Assembly: GCA_025923935.1 (NCBI GenBank)
Contig: JAICFA010000001.1
Span: 1-46,063 of the forward strand
Direction: 5' to 3'
Length of the DNA: 46,063 nucleotides
Source: Candidatus Krumholzibacteriia bacterium
GTDB lineage: Bacteria; Krumholzibacteriota; Krumholzibacteriia; WVZY01; JAKEHA01
The notes beneath the pieces are model-generated. The model saw nothing but the letters and a program-made list of their open reading frames with translations. It was not told the origin of the DNA and did no database searches. Positions 35,247 through 46,063 of this stretch are shown piece by piece (the stretch's first letter is position 1; the number at the start of each line of letters is the position of its first letter). The position numbers and the translations under genes were made by a program.

Positions 35247-38200
35247 CTAGAACTCAAACCCGAGGCCCAACCGCCACAAACGGTGGGTTTCCCAAATCGT
35301 CGGGTCGAACACCGGGTTGAAGTCGTCGCGGCCGTCGGCGTCCTGATCTTGGAGATAAGCGCCGCCGTACTGCCCTGTTTCCGTCAAATACGATCCGCCA
35401 TCCATTTGCGCCGCGACCAGAGCCGGGAAGGCATTCGGTGCGTTGCCATTGGGCAAAAGCACGTCCTCGTCCAGCAAGTTGCGGCCTTCGAAGAAGAGTG
35501 TCAGCTCGCGTCCGTACACGTTGAAGAGCTTGCGGCCCTGGATCGACAACTTGTGCGTCGGCTCCAAGCGGCGCGAGTTCTCCCACGTGGGATCGTTCAA
35601 ACGCGCGAAGCGATCCACCGGCGTCCACGGGAGTCCCGAGCCGTACTGGTAGATCATGGTCGCGCCCCACTTGTTGCGATCCTGCAAGCGCAGTGTCACG
35701 TTGAACGTGTTGCGCTGGTCCCAGTCGAGCGGATACTCCTCGGTCGGCAAGTGGGTCAAGCCTTCCGCCGAGCGCCCGAAGTCGGAGTCGCTGGCGACAC
35801 CGTCTGCAAACGAATACGTGTAGTAGACCTCGAAGCCCAGGCGGCGCGTGAGCCGCTTCTCCAGCGAGAGCTCCACACCGCGCGAGCTGGCGTACGTGCG
35901 GTTGATGAAGCGAAACGCCTGCACGCCGGTGGAGTCGTCGGTCACACGGGTCGAGGAGATGAGGCCGTAGATGTCCTTGTTGAACACGACGAAGTTGGCC
36001 GCGATGTCGTCGGTGAATTGGTGCGAGATACCGGCCTGATACGACACGGTCAGCTCGGGCTCCAGATTGGGGTTGCCGAGCGTGCCCAGCGAGCCTACCG
36101 GATCCTGGGTGCGAAACAGGAATTGCCGACTCGGCCATTGCGTGAAGCGCCCGTAGTGGAAGAAGAACTTGTCGCGGTCGGTGATGGGAAACGCCACACC
36201 GAGGCGCGGCGAGAGGTTCCACTTGAACTCGTCGACCGATTGGTCGATATCGGCGCTGGCGATGTCGATCTCGCTGTTGTTACCCACCGTGAACCACTCG
36301 TAGCGCAGGCCGCCATTGACGACCATGCCTTCGTAGTCCCACTTGTCCTGCACGTACACCGCGCCTTCGGCGTTGTAGTTCTCGTAGACATTGACGTTCA
36401 GGCCCTGCTGCAGAATCCCGTTCTCGTCGATACGCGTCTGCGCGGGGTTGACGCGCTCGTCGTCGTTCAGGTCGTTATAAAGGACTTGGATACCGGTCTT
36501 GAGGCGGTGACCCTTGAACTGGTCCGAGACCACGTCGCCCTTGAACAGGTACTGCAGCGAGCGCTGGTCCGAATAGAACGGGTAGTCGTAGGCGGTGACG
36601 AAGTACGGGAAGTCGTCGTCCGTGTACCACACCGCATTGGAAACACCCGCGTTCAGGAAGGTGCCGTCCGGCAGGGTGATCGGCAAGCCGGCGGTCGTAA
36701 ACTCCGCCGGCGCTTTCTGCTCGCCCAACTCATCCAGCACCGAGCTCGTGGTCTTAAGATCGAGGCGTGAGAGCTTGAGCGTGTAGAGCAGCTTGGGCGT
36801 GATGTTGTGGCTGAATCCCAGCTTGAGCTGGAGGTTTTCCGCACGCGTCTCGGGCGTGTGCATGGCCGAGTTGAAGGGCACGAACGACGAGTCGGCGCCC
36901 TGCGGTGAGGTGATGAACGGCTTGAAGTCGCTCGCCCCACGCTGGAAGCCTTCGAACAAGGCCCACGGCTTGTAGGTGATGGAACCGTCGGGGGCTTGCT
37001 GGACTTCGTCCCAGAGCACCGTGACCATCGTGGTGCCGATACGGAAGTCGGCCGCGCGGTAGTTGGCGAAGAGCACCTGCGATTGCGTGCCGTCGGGGTT
37101 GCGCACGAAGTCGTACACGTCGACGGGACGCACGTTGAGCATCGCCGCCTGCTTGGCCGGATCCTTCGCGTCCGCCCACGGGCCGTGATTGATGGAGCGC
37201 AGTCGTCCGAACTGGAACTGCTCGCGACCGTTCTGGGGCGGACCGAGCAGGTCGAGGCCCTGGAAAAACCACACCTTTGACACGTAACCCTGAATGTTCC
37301 AGTTGTTGATGAAGTCGTCTTCGCGCAGCGACGAGTAGACCGCCTCGCCGTCGACTTTCATGCGCGACATCTTGTAGGTCATCTTGCCCTGGAGGTTGTA
37401 CGCCGACGTCTGGCGCTGGCGGAATTTGAACCAGTCGGTGATCTTGTGCTCTTCGCGCGGCTCGATGGTGGTGTTCTCGGTGTCGCTCCAGGTCGCTTCG
37501 CCCGAGACGTAGTAGCGCAGGTTCTTCCACCACGTCGGTCCGCCGAAACCAAGGCTCAAGCGGTCGAAGTTGGTGTACGTCTTGTCGGAGCGGCCGAAGT
37601 CGTCGGTGAAGTAGCGCACTTCGCCGCCGAAGGTCGCACCGCCTTCCTTGGTAGCAATATTGATAACCGCCGACTGCGCGTCGCCGTACTCGGCGTCCAT
37701 ACCGCCGGACACGATCTCGGAGCCCGACGTGCCCAAAGTCCCGACGTCGACCGAGCCGCCGCCGAGCGGATCCGACACGGGCACACCGTCGATCTGAATC
37801 TGTACTTCGTTGCTGCGGCCGCCGCGCACGTGCATGTCGTCGCCGGTCTTGACGATGCCTGCCTTCAAACCGACCGCTTCGATGATGTCGTCGACCGGCA
37901 TGTTCTGCACTTGTTCTTCGGAGACGTTGCCGGTGACCTGGGTTTCGGTCACTTCGACCATCGCCTTGTCCGCCGTGACGACGATATCTTGGATCTTCGC
38001 CACAACTTTCTCGTCGAGCTTGAATTGAACCGTCGCGGTGGAGCCGGCGTTGACGACGACGTTGGGTTTTTCCACGGGGGCGTAACCCATCATCATCACT
38101 TTGAGGGTGTAGGTGCCGATGGGGACGGGTTTGATCTCAAACTTACCGTCGGCGAGACTCATGGCACCCATGGTGGTGCCAACCAGAATGACGTTTGCGT

Positions 38201-38342
38201 AAGGGAGGGGCTTACCGTCTTTCGCCGACACCACCGTGCCCGAGATGATCCCGGTTTGCGCCACGGCTGCCGACGTAACAAATCCCAGGAGCGCGAAGAC
38301 GACTACCACAATCGTCAATCCGCGGCTGTCACGTGGGAACAT
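35247..38342 (-). CDS. TonB-dependent receptor with an N-terminal carboxypeptidase-regulatory-like (CarboxypepD_reg) domain
   Basis: Signal peptide, then GIISGTVVSAKDGKPLPYANVILVGTTMGAMSLADGKFEIKPVPIGTYTLKV (CarboxypepD_reg), a TonB-box-like DIVVTADK, the plug (HVRGGRSNEVQIQIDGVPV), a ~800-aa barrel, and C-terminal ...WRLGLGFEF. ATG 38340-38342 is preferred; GTG 38375 is an alternative. Confidence 0.9.
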   Translation of the reverse strand: MFPRDSRGLTIVVVVFALLGFVTSAAVAQTGIISGTVVSAKDGKPLPYANVILVGTTMGAMSLADGKFEIKPVPIGTYTLKVMMMGYAPVEKPNVVVNAGSTATVQFKLDEKVVAKIQDIVVTADKAMVEVTETQVTGNVSEEQVQNMPVDDIIEAVGLKAGIVKTGDDMHVRGGRSNEVQIQIDGVPVSDPLGGGSVDVGTLGTSGSEIVSGGMDAEYGDAQSAVINIATKEGGATFGGEVRYFTDDFGRSDKTYTNFDRLSLGFGGPTWWKNLRYYVSGEATWSDTENTTIEPREEHKITDWFKFRQRQTSAYNLQGKMTYKMSRMKVDGEAVYSSLREDDFINNWNIQGYVSKVWFFQGLDLLGPPQNGREQFQFGRLRSINHGPWADAKDPAKQAAMLNVRPVDVYDFVRNPDGTQSQVLFANYRAADFRIGTTMVTVLWDEVQQAPDGSITYKPWALFEGFQRGASDFKPFITSPQGADSSFVPFNSAMHTPETRAENLQLKLGFSHNITPKLLYTLKLSRLDLKTTSSVLDELGEQKAPAEFTTAGLPITLPDGTFLNAGVSNAVWYTDDDFPYFVTAYDYPFYSDQRSLQYLFKGDVVSDQFKGHRLKTGIQVLYNDLNDDERVNPAQTRIDENGILQQGLNVNVYENYNAEGAVYVQDKWDYEGMVVNGGLRYEWFTVGNNSEIDIASADIDQSVDEFKWNLSPRLGVAFPITDRDKFFFHYGRFTQWPSRQFLFRTQDPVGSLGTLGNPNLEPELTVSYQAGISHQFTDDIAANFVVFNKDIYGLISSTRVTDDSTGVQAFRFINRTYASSRGVELSLEKRLTRRLGFEVYYTYSFADGVASDSDFGRSAEGLTHLPTEEYPLDWDQRNTFNVTLRLQDRNKWGATMIYQYGSGLPWTPVDRFARLNDPTWENSRRLEPTHKLSIQGRKLFNVYGRELTLFFEGRNLLDEDVLLPNGNAPNAFPALVAAQMDGGSYLTETGQYGGAYLQDQDADGRDDFNPVFDPTIWETHRLWRLGLGFEF

Positions 38343-38534
38343 TCGCGAAACCCCTTTCGCTTGCACACGAACCACTACCTAAAGGGCTCGTGCTCAAAAC
38401 GCCGTTAATATGTAGTGGTGGGGACGAATCCCGTCGCGGCGGTCCCAGAGCCTCCGCGGCGGCTTCGAACAAGGTGGGGTCACTCTATCACAGCCGTCCG
38501 CTGCAATACTAGCAATATCAGCGACTTCGACGCC

Positions 38535-38564
38535 AATATAGACCAGCCCGGCGGACATTGTCAA
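38535..38564 (-). promoter_or_regulatory. Candidate sigma70-type promoter of the TBDR operon
   Basis: Minus strand: TTGACA (38559-38564), 18-nt spacer, TATATT (38535-38540), in a locally AT-enriched stretch of the 374-nt gap. Confidence 0.5.
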
Positions 38565-38749
38565 TATAAGTCATCCGTGGGGTGTTCCCGCGGTGTCAGC
38601 CGCCGCGCGAACTAATTGCCAATCACTATCTTGTGGTTACGAGGTGGGGGCGTAACCCGTGGGGAACTTGGGGGAGGGTGCTCCAGCAGTGGATGCACCT
38701 TCATTATGTCTACGACCGCGGGAAGCTGCAAGGCCCGCGCCCGAGATTC

Positions 38750-39769
38750 CTACTTCTCGTACAGCCAGCAGGCGGTTCGATGCCCCGCTTCGACCTCGCG
38801 CTGCGGCGGGGTCTTCTCCCGGCAGATCGCCATCGCATGCGGGCAGCGCGTGTGGAACGCACAGCCCGGCGGCACATTCGCCGGACTCGGCACGTCGCCC
38901 GAGAGCAAGATGCGCTTACGGCGCACGCCCGGCTCGAGGGTTGGCATGGCACTCAACAATGCTTGCGTGTACGGGTGCTTCGGATCGCGATACAGGCGCG
39001 TGGCCGGTGCCACTTCGACGATGCGTCCCAAGTACATCACCGCGACGCGGTCGCTGATGTACTCCACCACACCCAGATCGTGCGCGATGAACAGGTACGT
39101 CAAGTCGAGCGCTTCCTGCAGATCTTTGAGCAAGTTGATGATCTGCGCTTGAATGGAAACGTCGAGAGCACTCACCGGCTCGTCGGCGATGATGAGCTCG
39201 GGATTGACCGCCAGCGCGCGCGCAATGCCGATGCGTTGGCGCTGGCCGCCGGAGAATTCGTGCGGGTAGCGGCTCATGTACTCGGCGGGAATACCGACGC
39301 GATCGAGCAACTCCGCGACGCGCTCGCGCACCGCGTCGCCGGCGGCGAGCTTGTGTATCTTGATGGCCTCCGCGATCATGCTGCCCACGGTGAGGCGCGG
39401 GTTCAGCGAGCCGTACGGATCTTGAAACACGATTTGCATGCGCTTGCGCAGCTTGCGCATGTCACCGGCGTTTTGCTCGAATACATTAGTACCGTCGAAC
39501 GTCACTGTGCCCGAGGAGATGTCGGTGAGGCGCAGGATGGCGCGCGCCAGCGTGGTTTTCCCGCAACCGCTCTCCCCCACCAGCCCCAACGTCTCGCCGC
39601 GATAGATCTCGAAGCTCACACCGTCGACGGCGCGCACCCAGCCCACCACACGCGACAGTACGCCGCGCCGAATCGGGAAGTGCTTGCACAGGTTGTCGAC
39701 CTTGAGCAGCACTTCGCCGCGACGCGCGCTCTTGCGTTCGTTTTGGACGTCGAGCTCAGTGCTAGCCAC
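38750..39769 (-). CDS. Peptide-type ABC transporter ATP-binding protein (OppF/DppF-like)
   Basis: Walker [18 protein letters not shown], Walker [12 protein letters not shown], and the C-terminal oligopeptide-type extension with Cys residues ([17 protein letters not shown]). GTG start overlaps the upstream stop by 8 nt. Confidence 0.93.
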   Translation of the reverse strand: MASTELDVQNERKSARRGEVLLKVDNLCKHFPIRRGVLSRVVGWVRAVDGVSFEIYRGETLGLVGESGCGKTTLARAILRLTDISSGTVTFDGTNVFEQNAGDMRKLRKRMQIVFQDPYGSLNPRLTVGSMIAEAIKIHKLAAGDAVRERVAELLDRVGIPAEYMSRYPHEFSGGQRQRIGIARALAVNPELIIADEPVSALDVSIQAQIINLLKDLQEALDLTYLFIAHDLGVVEYISDRVAVMYLGRIVEVAPATRLYRDPKHPYTQALLSAMPTLEPGVRRKRILLSGDVPSPANVPPGCAFHTRCPHAMAICREKTPPQREVEAGHRTACWLYEK

Positions 39770-40808
39770 CTTGAATGTCCTTCCAGCAGCGAATCCAGTG
39801 CCCCGCGCTCACGTCGCGCAGCTGGATCTCTTCGTTGTCGCAGCGGTACTCGGCGTACTTGCAGCGGTCGGAGAAGCGGCAGCCCTTGGGAAGGGCGAGC
39901 GGATCCGGAACCTTGCCCGGGATGACCTTGAGGCGCTCGCCTTTGTGCGCGATGCGCGGAATGGATTCGCGCAAACCGCGCGTGTAGGGATGTCGCGGGT
40001 CGTTGAACAAGTCGTGGACGCTCGCGATCTCCATCACCTTGCCGGCGTACATGACAATCACGCGGCGACAAGTTTCGGCGATGACGCCGAGATCGTGCGT
40101 GATCATGAGGATGGCCATGCCGAAGGTCTGCTGCAGGCTCTGCAACAGGTCGAGAATTTGCGCCTGGATGGTAACGTCGAGGGCCGTGGTCGGCTCGTCG
40201 GCGATCAGCAAACTTGGGTTGCACGACAGCGCCATCGCAATCATGACGCGCTGGCGCATGCCGCCCGACAGCTGGTGCGGGTACGACTTGGATACGCGCT
40301 TGGGATCGGGAATCTTGACCAGCGACAGCATCTCCAGAGTGCGCTCTTGCGCCTCGCGCTTGCTGACCTTCTGGTGCAGCACGACGGCTTCTTCCACTTG
40401 GTAGCCGCAGGTGAACACCGGGTTCAGGCTGGTCATCGGCTCCTGGAAGACCATCGAGATCTCGTTGCCGCGGATCTTGCGCATGTCGCGCTCGGGGAGC
40501 TTCAAGAGGTCGTTGCCCTTGAAGATGATCTCGCCGCCCTCGATGCGTCCCGGCGGCGTCTGGATGAGGCGCATCAGCGCCAGTGCGGTGACGGTCTTGC
40601 CGCATCCGCTCTCGCCCACCACGCCGAGCGTTTCACCTTGGCGAATGGAAAAACTCACGCGGTCGACGGCGCGCGCGCGCCCGTCGGGCGTGTCGAAGCT
40701 GACGGTGAGGTCGCGAATGTCAAGCAGCGTGTCGACGGCCTCGACGGCCGTGGCACGAGGATCGGTGCTTTTCGCGTCCATCGTCTTGGGATCGTATCGC
40801 CTATTCAT
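39762..40808 (-). CDS. Peptide-type ABC transporter ATP-binding protein (OppD/DppD-like)
   Basis: Walker [29 protein letters not shown], and a C-terminal [17 protein letters not shown] tail. ATG at 40806-40808. Confidence 0.93.
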   Translation of the reverse strand: MNRRYDPKTMDAKSTDPRATAVEAVDTLLDIRDLTVSFDTPDGRARAVDRVSFSIRQGETLGVVGESGCGKTVTALALMRLIQTPPGRIEGGEIIFKGNDLLKLPERDMRKIRGNEISMVFQEPMTSLNPVFTCGYQVEEAVVLHQKVSKREAQERTLEMLSLVKIPDPKRVSKSYPHQLSGGMRQRVMIAMALSCNPSLLIADEPTTALDVTIQAQILDLLQSLQQTFGMAILMITHDLGVIAETCRRVIVMYAGKVMEIASVHDLFNDPRHPYTRGLRESIPRIAHKGERLKVIPGKVPDPLALPKGCRFSDRCKYAEYRCDNEEIQLRDVSAGHWIRCWKDIQGG

Positions 40809-40821
40809 TATTTCCGACAAT

Positions 40822-41864
40822 CTATACCTCGGTCGACGAGCGAACCTCGAGCGCGTCGCGAATGCCGTCGCCCACCATGTTGAGTGCCACCACCGCGGCA
40901 GTGATCGCCAGCGCCGGGAATGCACTCACCCACCAGGCGCTGCCCAGCGCGTCGCGGCCTTCGAACACCATCCCGCCCCAGCTCGGCGTGGGGGGGGCAA
41001 GACCCAGGCCCAGGAACGATAGCGTCGATTCGATCAAAATCACCGTGCCCGCGTTAAGCGTCGCCGCGACTACCACGGCGCCGACCGCGTTCGGCATCAG
41101 GTGTCGCGCCAACAGGCGCGGTGTCGCGACACCGGTCGCGACCGCCGCCTCGACGAACTCGCGCAAGCGCATTCGCCGCACCTCGCCGCGCACGATGCGC
41201 GCGAGGCCCATCCACCCCGTCGCCGCAATGAAGACCGCCAGAGTTCCCGCCCCGGGTGGCACCAGTGCCACTGCGGTCAAGATCAGCAATAGGCGCGGGA
41301 ACGACAAGAGCCCGTCCACCACGCGCATCATGATGTCGTCCACGCGCCGCGGTGCAATGCCCGAGAGCGCACCGAACACGGTCCCGATGACCATGGCCAG
41401 CGCCACCGAGAGCGCGCACACGGCAAACGACGCGCGCGCGCCGTACACCAGCCGCGCCCAGACGTCGCGCCCGAAGCGGTCCGTCCCCAGGGGATGGTCC
41501 GCGCTGGGAGCGCTGTACCGAACCGCGGGGGCGACTTCGCTCGGATCGGCGCCGGTGACGAGTGGGCCCAGCTGGGCCACCCCGATCATCGCCACCAAGA
41601 GCGCGAACGCCGTGAGCGCCACCGCGTCGCCGTCGAAGCGGCGACGGACTCGCCCGCGACGCCGCGCGGTCCAGACCATCACGGCGTAGGCGCACGCCCA
41701 CCCCGACAAGACGACCCCCAACTCGTGGGGAGGTAGGCCGGTCAATGTGGGCAGGCGCACGATCACGACGGCGGAATACGCGCTTACGACCGCTGCAAGA
41801 ACGGCGCCAACGCCCTGGCGCGTCCCGGGGCTCGCAAACGGAAGCCAGGTAACCCCTTCGGCTC

Positions 41865-41868
<4 letters not shown>
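40822..41868 (-). CDS. Peptide-type ABC transporter permease (OppC/DppC-like); N-terminal boundary uncertain
   Basis: [16 protein letters not shown] motif and EAA loop ([20 protein letters not shown]). GTG 41866-41868 makes a GTGA overlap with the upstream permease stop. An internal ATG at 41679 would give a conventional-length protein. Confidence 0.85.
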
Positions 41869-42833
<965 letters not shown>

Positions 42834-42843
42834 GGCCTCCTGA

Positions 42844-44295
42844 TCAATCCATCGGCACCGTGATGACGGGCGTACGATTCGCACTCGCCTCGTCGACGCG
42901 GCGCACCGGCGTCTTCGTCGGCGCGCTCAAGAGCACGTCGGGAGTTTCCGCTGCTTCGCGGGCGATCTGCAACATCGCATCGGCGAAGCGGTCGAGGGTT
43001 TCGCGCCCTTCCGTCTCCGTCGGTTCGACCATCAAAGCCTCCGGCACCACCAACGGGAAGTAAATGGTCGGCGCGTAGAAGCCAAAGTCGAGCAGTCGCT
43101 TGGCGACGTCGAGGGTCTTGACACCGTGTTTCTTCAGCGGCTCGCCGGTGGCGACGAACTCGTGCATACAGCGTTCGCCGTACGGAACGGGATACGCGGG
43201 TGCCACGCGCTTGGCGAGGTAGTTGGCGTTCAGGATGGCGGTCGAGCTGGCGCGACGAATGCCGTCGGCGCCCAAGCGCGTGATGTACGTGTACGCGCGC
43301 AGATAGATGCCAAAGTTTCCGAAGAACGAGTGCAAGGCACCCACGCTCTTCGGCCGCTGATAGTCGAGGCGGTATTTGCCGTCCTTCTCGACCACGCGCG
43401 GTGTCGGCAAGAACGGCTCCAAGTGCGCACGCACCGCGACCGGGCCCGACCCGGGACCGCCGCCACCGTGCGGCGTCGAAAACGTCTTGTGCAAATTGAA
43501 GTGCATCATGTCGAAGCCGAAGTCGCCGGGGCGCGCTTGCCCCATGAGTGCGTTCATGTTGGCGCCGTCCATGTAGCACAATCCGCCGCGCTGGTGCACG
43601 AGGTCGACGATCTCGCCGATGTGCGGCTCGAACAGCCCCAGGGTGTTGGGCACGGTGAGCATGAGCACGGCGACATCGTCGTCGAGGGCGGCGCGCAGCG
43701 TGTCCAAATCGACGCGCCCGTCCTTGCCCGACGCGAACGTCTTGGTCTCGAAGCCGACGATGGACGCGGTGGCGGGATTGGTGCCGTGCGCGGTGTCGGG
43801 CACGAGCACTTTGTGGCGCGATTCCTTGCGGTCGGCGAAGTACGCGCGCGCGAGCAACAGGCCCAGCATCTCGCCTTGCGCGCCCGCCGCGGGCTGCGCG
43901 CTCACCGCGTCCATTCCGGAAACGGCGACCAGCGCCTGCTCGAGCGCGTGCATCACGGCCAATGCACCCTGTGCGTCGTCGTCGCTCTGCTCAGGGTGCA
44001 ATCCGGCGAACCCGGGCATCGCGGCCACCTCTTCGTTCACCTTGGGGTTGTACTTCATGGTACAGCTGCCCAGGGGGAAGAGGTCTTTTTCCACGTGGTG
44101 ATTCTTGGTCGACAAGTCGACGTAGTGGCGCAACACCTGCAGCTCGGCCACTTCGGGCAGTCCGATGCGGCCTTCGCGCAAGTACTCGCGCGGAATGTCG
44201 CGGGGCGCTTCCGTGGGACGCGACGAGATGTGGTAGCCGTGGCGCCCACGGCGGCTCTTGCCGTAGATCGTCTGCGAAAAATCCTTGGCACTCAT
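42844..44295 (-). CDS. gcvPB: Glycine dehydrogenase (decarboxylating) subunit 2
   Basis: PLGSCTMKYNPK and the PLP-lysine region HFNLHKTFSTPHGGGGPG. ATG at 44293-44295; the 676-aa track ORF is an upstream extension into gcvPA. Confidence 0.95.
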   Translation of the reverse strand: MSAKDFSQTIYGKSRRGRHGYHISSRPTEAPRDIPREYLREGRIGLPEVAELQVLRHYVDLSTKNHHVEKDLFPLGSCTMKYNPKVNEEVAAMPGFAGLHPEQSDDDAQGALAVMHALEQALVAVSGMDAVSAQPAAGAQGEMLGLLLARAYFADRKESRHKVLVPDTAHGTNPATASIVGFETKTFASGKDGRVDLDTLRAALDDDVAVLMLTVPNTLGLFEPHIGEIVDLVHQRGGLCYMDGANMNALMGQARPGDFGFDMMHFNLHKTFSTPHGGGGPGSGPVAVRAHLEPFLPTPRVVEKDGKYRLDYQRPKSVGALHSFFGNFGIYLRAYTYITRLGADGIRRASSTAILNANYLAKRVAPAYPVPYGERCMHEFVATGEPLKKHGVKTLDVAKRLLDFGFYAPTIYFPLVVPEALMVEPTETEGRETLDRFADAMLQIAREAAETPDVLLSAPTKTPVRRVDEASANRTPVITVPMD

Positions 44296-44297
44296 CC

Positions 44298-45659
44298 CTA
44301 ACCCACCTTCACCAGCGAGGCGCGCTTGAGCGCGTCGCACAAGGCCTTGAAATCGTCGTCGGAGTGTCGGTCGGTGGCCGTCACCAATAACAGATTGCGC
44401 GCACTCGCGCCGAAGTAGCGCGCGAGCGGAATTCCCGCCAGCATGCCGTGTTTGCGCGCCGTCTCCACCACCGAGTCGGCGTCGGTCGGACACGCCACCA
44501 CGAATTCGCGAAAAAACGGCGCGCGGTAGCGAAGCGAGTAGCCGTCCAGCGCCGCGATCATGCCCGCCAGTTTGTGCGCGCGCTCCGCGCAAATGCGTCC
44601 CAGCTCGGTGAACCCGTGCTCGCCGAGCAGGCTCATATAGACGGTGGCACGCGTCGCCAGTAATCCTTGGTTGGTACAGATGTTCGACGTCGCCTTCTCG
44701 CGGCGAATGTGCTGCTCGCGCGTCTGCAGCGTGAGCACGAACGCGTCCCGCCCGTCGACGTCCTTGGTCGCACTGACCAAGCGCCCCGGCATCTGCCGGA
44801 TGAATTCCTGCTTGCACGCCATGAAGCCGACCAGCGGACCGCCGTAGCTCATCTCGTTGCCCAACGGCTGGCACTCACCCACCGCGATGTCGGCGCCGTA
44901 CTCGCCGGGCGGCCGCAACAGCGACAGCGAGACGGGATCGGTCGACGCGACCACGAGCGCGCCCGCCGCGTGCACCTCTTTCTCGAATTCCCACGGGCGC
45001 TCGAGCACGCCGAAGTAGTTCGGCGTTTGCACCACCACGGCGGCGGTGCGGTCGTTCAACTCGCGATGCAGCGCGGTGGCGTCGATATCGCCGCTATCGG
45101 TCGTGGGAATGGTCTTGAGCTCGATCTTCTGCCCCGACACGTACGAGCGCACCACGCGCAGGTAGCGCGGGTTCAGCGCGTACGGGACCAGCACGACCTC
45201 GCGCTTGGTGATCTTCGCCGCCATCAAGCACGCTTCGGCGAGCGCGGAGGCACCGTCGTACATGGACGCGTTCGCCACCGGGAGGCGCGTGAGGCGCGAG
45301 ATGTGGGTCTGAAACTCGAAGATGACTTGCAGTGTGCCCTGGCTCGCTTCGGGCTGATACGGCGTGTACGCCGTCGAAAACTCGGGACGGCTGGTGATGT
45401 TCTTCACCGCCGATGGGACGGTGTGCTCGTAAATGCCGCCGCCCAAGAAGCTGGTAAGCTGGGTCGACGGCGCGTTGCGGTTGGCCAGCCGCGACAGCAT
45501 GCGCAGCACTTCCGGCTCGGTGCGGCCGCGCTCGATGGGTAGAAGCCCGCGCAGGCGGTACTTCTCGGGGATGACTTGGACCAGCTCGTCCTCGGATTTC
45601 AATCCGAGCAAGTCGAGCATGGCGCGGCGGTCGTCGTCGGTGTGAAACGTGTACGGCAT
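44298..45659 (-). CDS. gcvPA: Glycine dehydrogenase (decarboxylating) subunit 1
   Basis: FLGGGIYEHTVPS, YTPYQPEASQGTLQ, SNICTNQGL. Full length. Confidence 0.95.
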   Translation of the reverse strand: MPYTFHTDDDRRAMLDLLGLKSEDELVQVIPEKYRLRGLLPIERGRTEPEVLRMLSRLANRNAPSTQLTSFLGGGIYEHTVPSAVKNITSRPEFSTAYTPYQPEASQGTLQVIFEFQTHISRLTRLPVANASMYDGASALAEACLMAAKITKREVVLVPYALNPRYLRVVRSYVSGQKIELKTIPTTDSGDIDATALHRELNDRTAAVVVQTPNYFGVLERPWEFEKEVHAAGALVVASTDPVSLSLLRPPGEYGADIAVGECQPLGNEMSYGGPLVGFMACKQEFIRQMPGRLVSATKDVDGRDAFVLTLQTREQHIRREKATSNICTNQGLLATRATVYMSLLGEHGFTELGRICAERAHKLAGMIAALDGYSLRYRAPFFREFVVACPTDADSVVETARKHGMLAGIPLARYFGASARNLLLVTATDRHSDDDFKALCDALKRASLVKVG

Positions 45660-45660
45660 T

Positions 45661-46038
45661 CTACTTTCCGATCATCCTTTGGTAAGCGGCGTGATCCATG
45701 AGTCCGTCGAGCTCTTTCGCGTTGGATATCTTGACGCGAACGAACCACCCGTCGCCGAACGGGTCCTTGTTGACGAGGTCGGGGCCTTGCTCGAGCGAGT
45801 GGTTGATGGCGGTTACGACACCGGACACCGGCGCGTACAAATCGGCCACGGTCTTCACGGCTTCGATGGTGCCCATGGATTGCATGGCGGTGACCGACGC
45901 TCCCACTTTCGGCAGCTCGACAAAGACGATGTCGCCCAGCTCGCCGGCGGCGAAGTCGGTGATGCCGATGGTGGCTTCGTCGCCGTCGACGCGAACCCAC
46001 TCGTGCTCTTTGGTGAATTTCAGGTTCTTGGGATCCAT
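45661..46038 (-). CDS. gcvH: Glycine cleavage system protein H
   Basis: EHEWVRV..., lipoyl-lysine motif GTIEAVKTVADLYAPVSG. ATG has an AGGAGAA SD. Confidence 0.95.
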   Translation of the reverse strand: MDPKNLKFTKEHEWVRVDGDEATIGITDFAAGELGDIVFVELPKVGASVTAMQSMGTIEAVKTVADLYAPVSGVVTAINHSLEQGPDLVNKDPFGDGWFVRVKISNAKELDGLMDHAAYQRMIGK

Positions 46039-46063
46039 GCTTCTCCTATCTCACGCGTCGCGA

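Noticed and set aside
38415-38450. tRNA-like string TGGTGGGGACGAATCCCGTC in the TBDR leader region.
   Set aside because: When laid out as a minus-strand tRNA 3' end, the putative T-stem halves (AATCC/GCGGT) do not pair, and no acceptor stem partner exists. It is only a small GACG-ggatt-CGTC hairpin.
38503-38519. Possible Fur box upstream of the TonB-dependent receptor.
   Set aside because: The best alignment to the 19-bp GATAATGATAATCATTATC consensus gives about 10/19 matches with no dyad symmetry. It is reported only as an unassigned repeat motif.

Overview
GC-rich bacterial chromosomal segment, roughly two-thirds G+C by eye. Gene content (PorV/PorQ-like barrel, GWxTD proteins, CarboxypepD_reg-type TonB-dependent receptor) suggests an FCB-superphylum-like lineage such as Gemmatimonadota or a related candidate phylum; this placement is inference only. 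I call 41 protein genes, and every one except a rhomboid gene at 872-1669 is on the minus strand, as is the single tRNA. In coordinate order: a truncated lipoprotein/SBP start; trxA; rhomboid protease 1; DUF4446 and DUF4139 proteins; gap-pgk-tpiA-secG-tRNA-Leu(GAG); comF-like; lgt; rodA-mrdA-mreD-mreC-mreB-radC with a rhomboid-TPR gene at the upstream end; an orphan outer-membrane barrel with a ~325-nt structured leader; an NlpC/P60 gene coupled to a peptide-type SBP plus two permeases with no ATPase; GWxTD + two FtsX permeases + MFP + ABC ATPase + TolC; ExbD-ExbD-ExbB + degenerate GWxTD + PorV-like + TonB-dependent receptor; a second peptide-type ABC set (two ATPases, two permeases, no SBP); and gcvPB-gcvPA-gcvH. 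I found no rRNA, CRISPR array, transposase, integrase or phage gene. The most interesting part is 23.5-38.6 kb. Two trans-envelope machines sit back to back there, each carrying its own GWxTD-family protein of unknown function: a TonB-less TBDR/PorV-like/ExbBD module and a TolC/MacB-type split ABC exporter. Most long ORFs on the plus strand, and several very long minus-strand ORFs in the track, are high-GC open-frame artefacts. CDS starts were re-picked from start codons, Shine-Dalgarno motifs and signal peptides read in the sequence.
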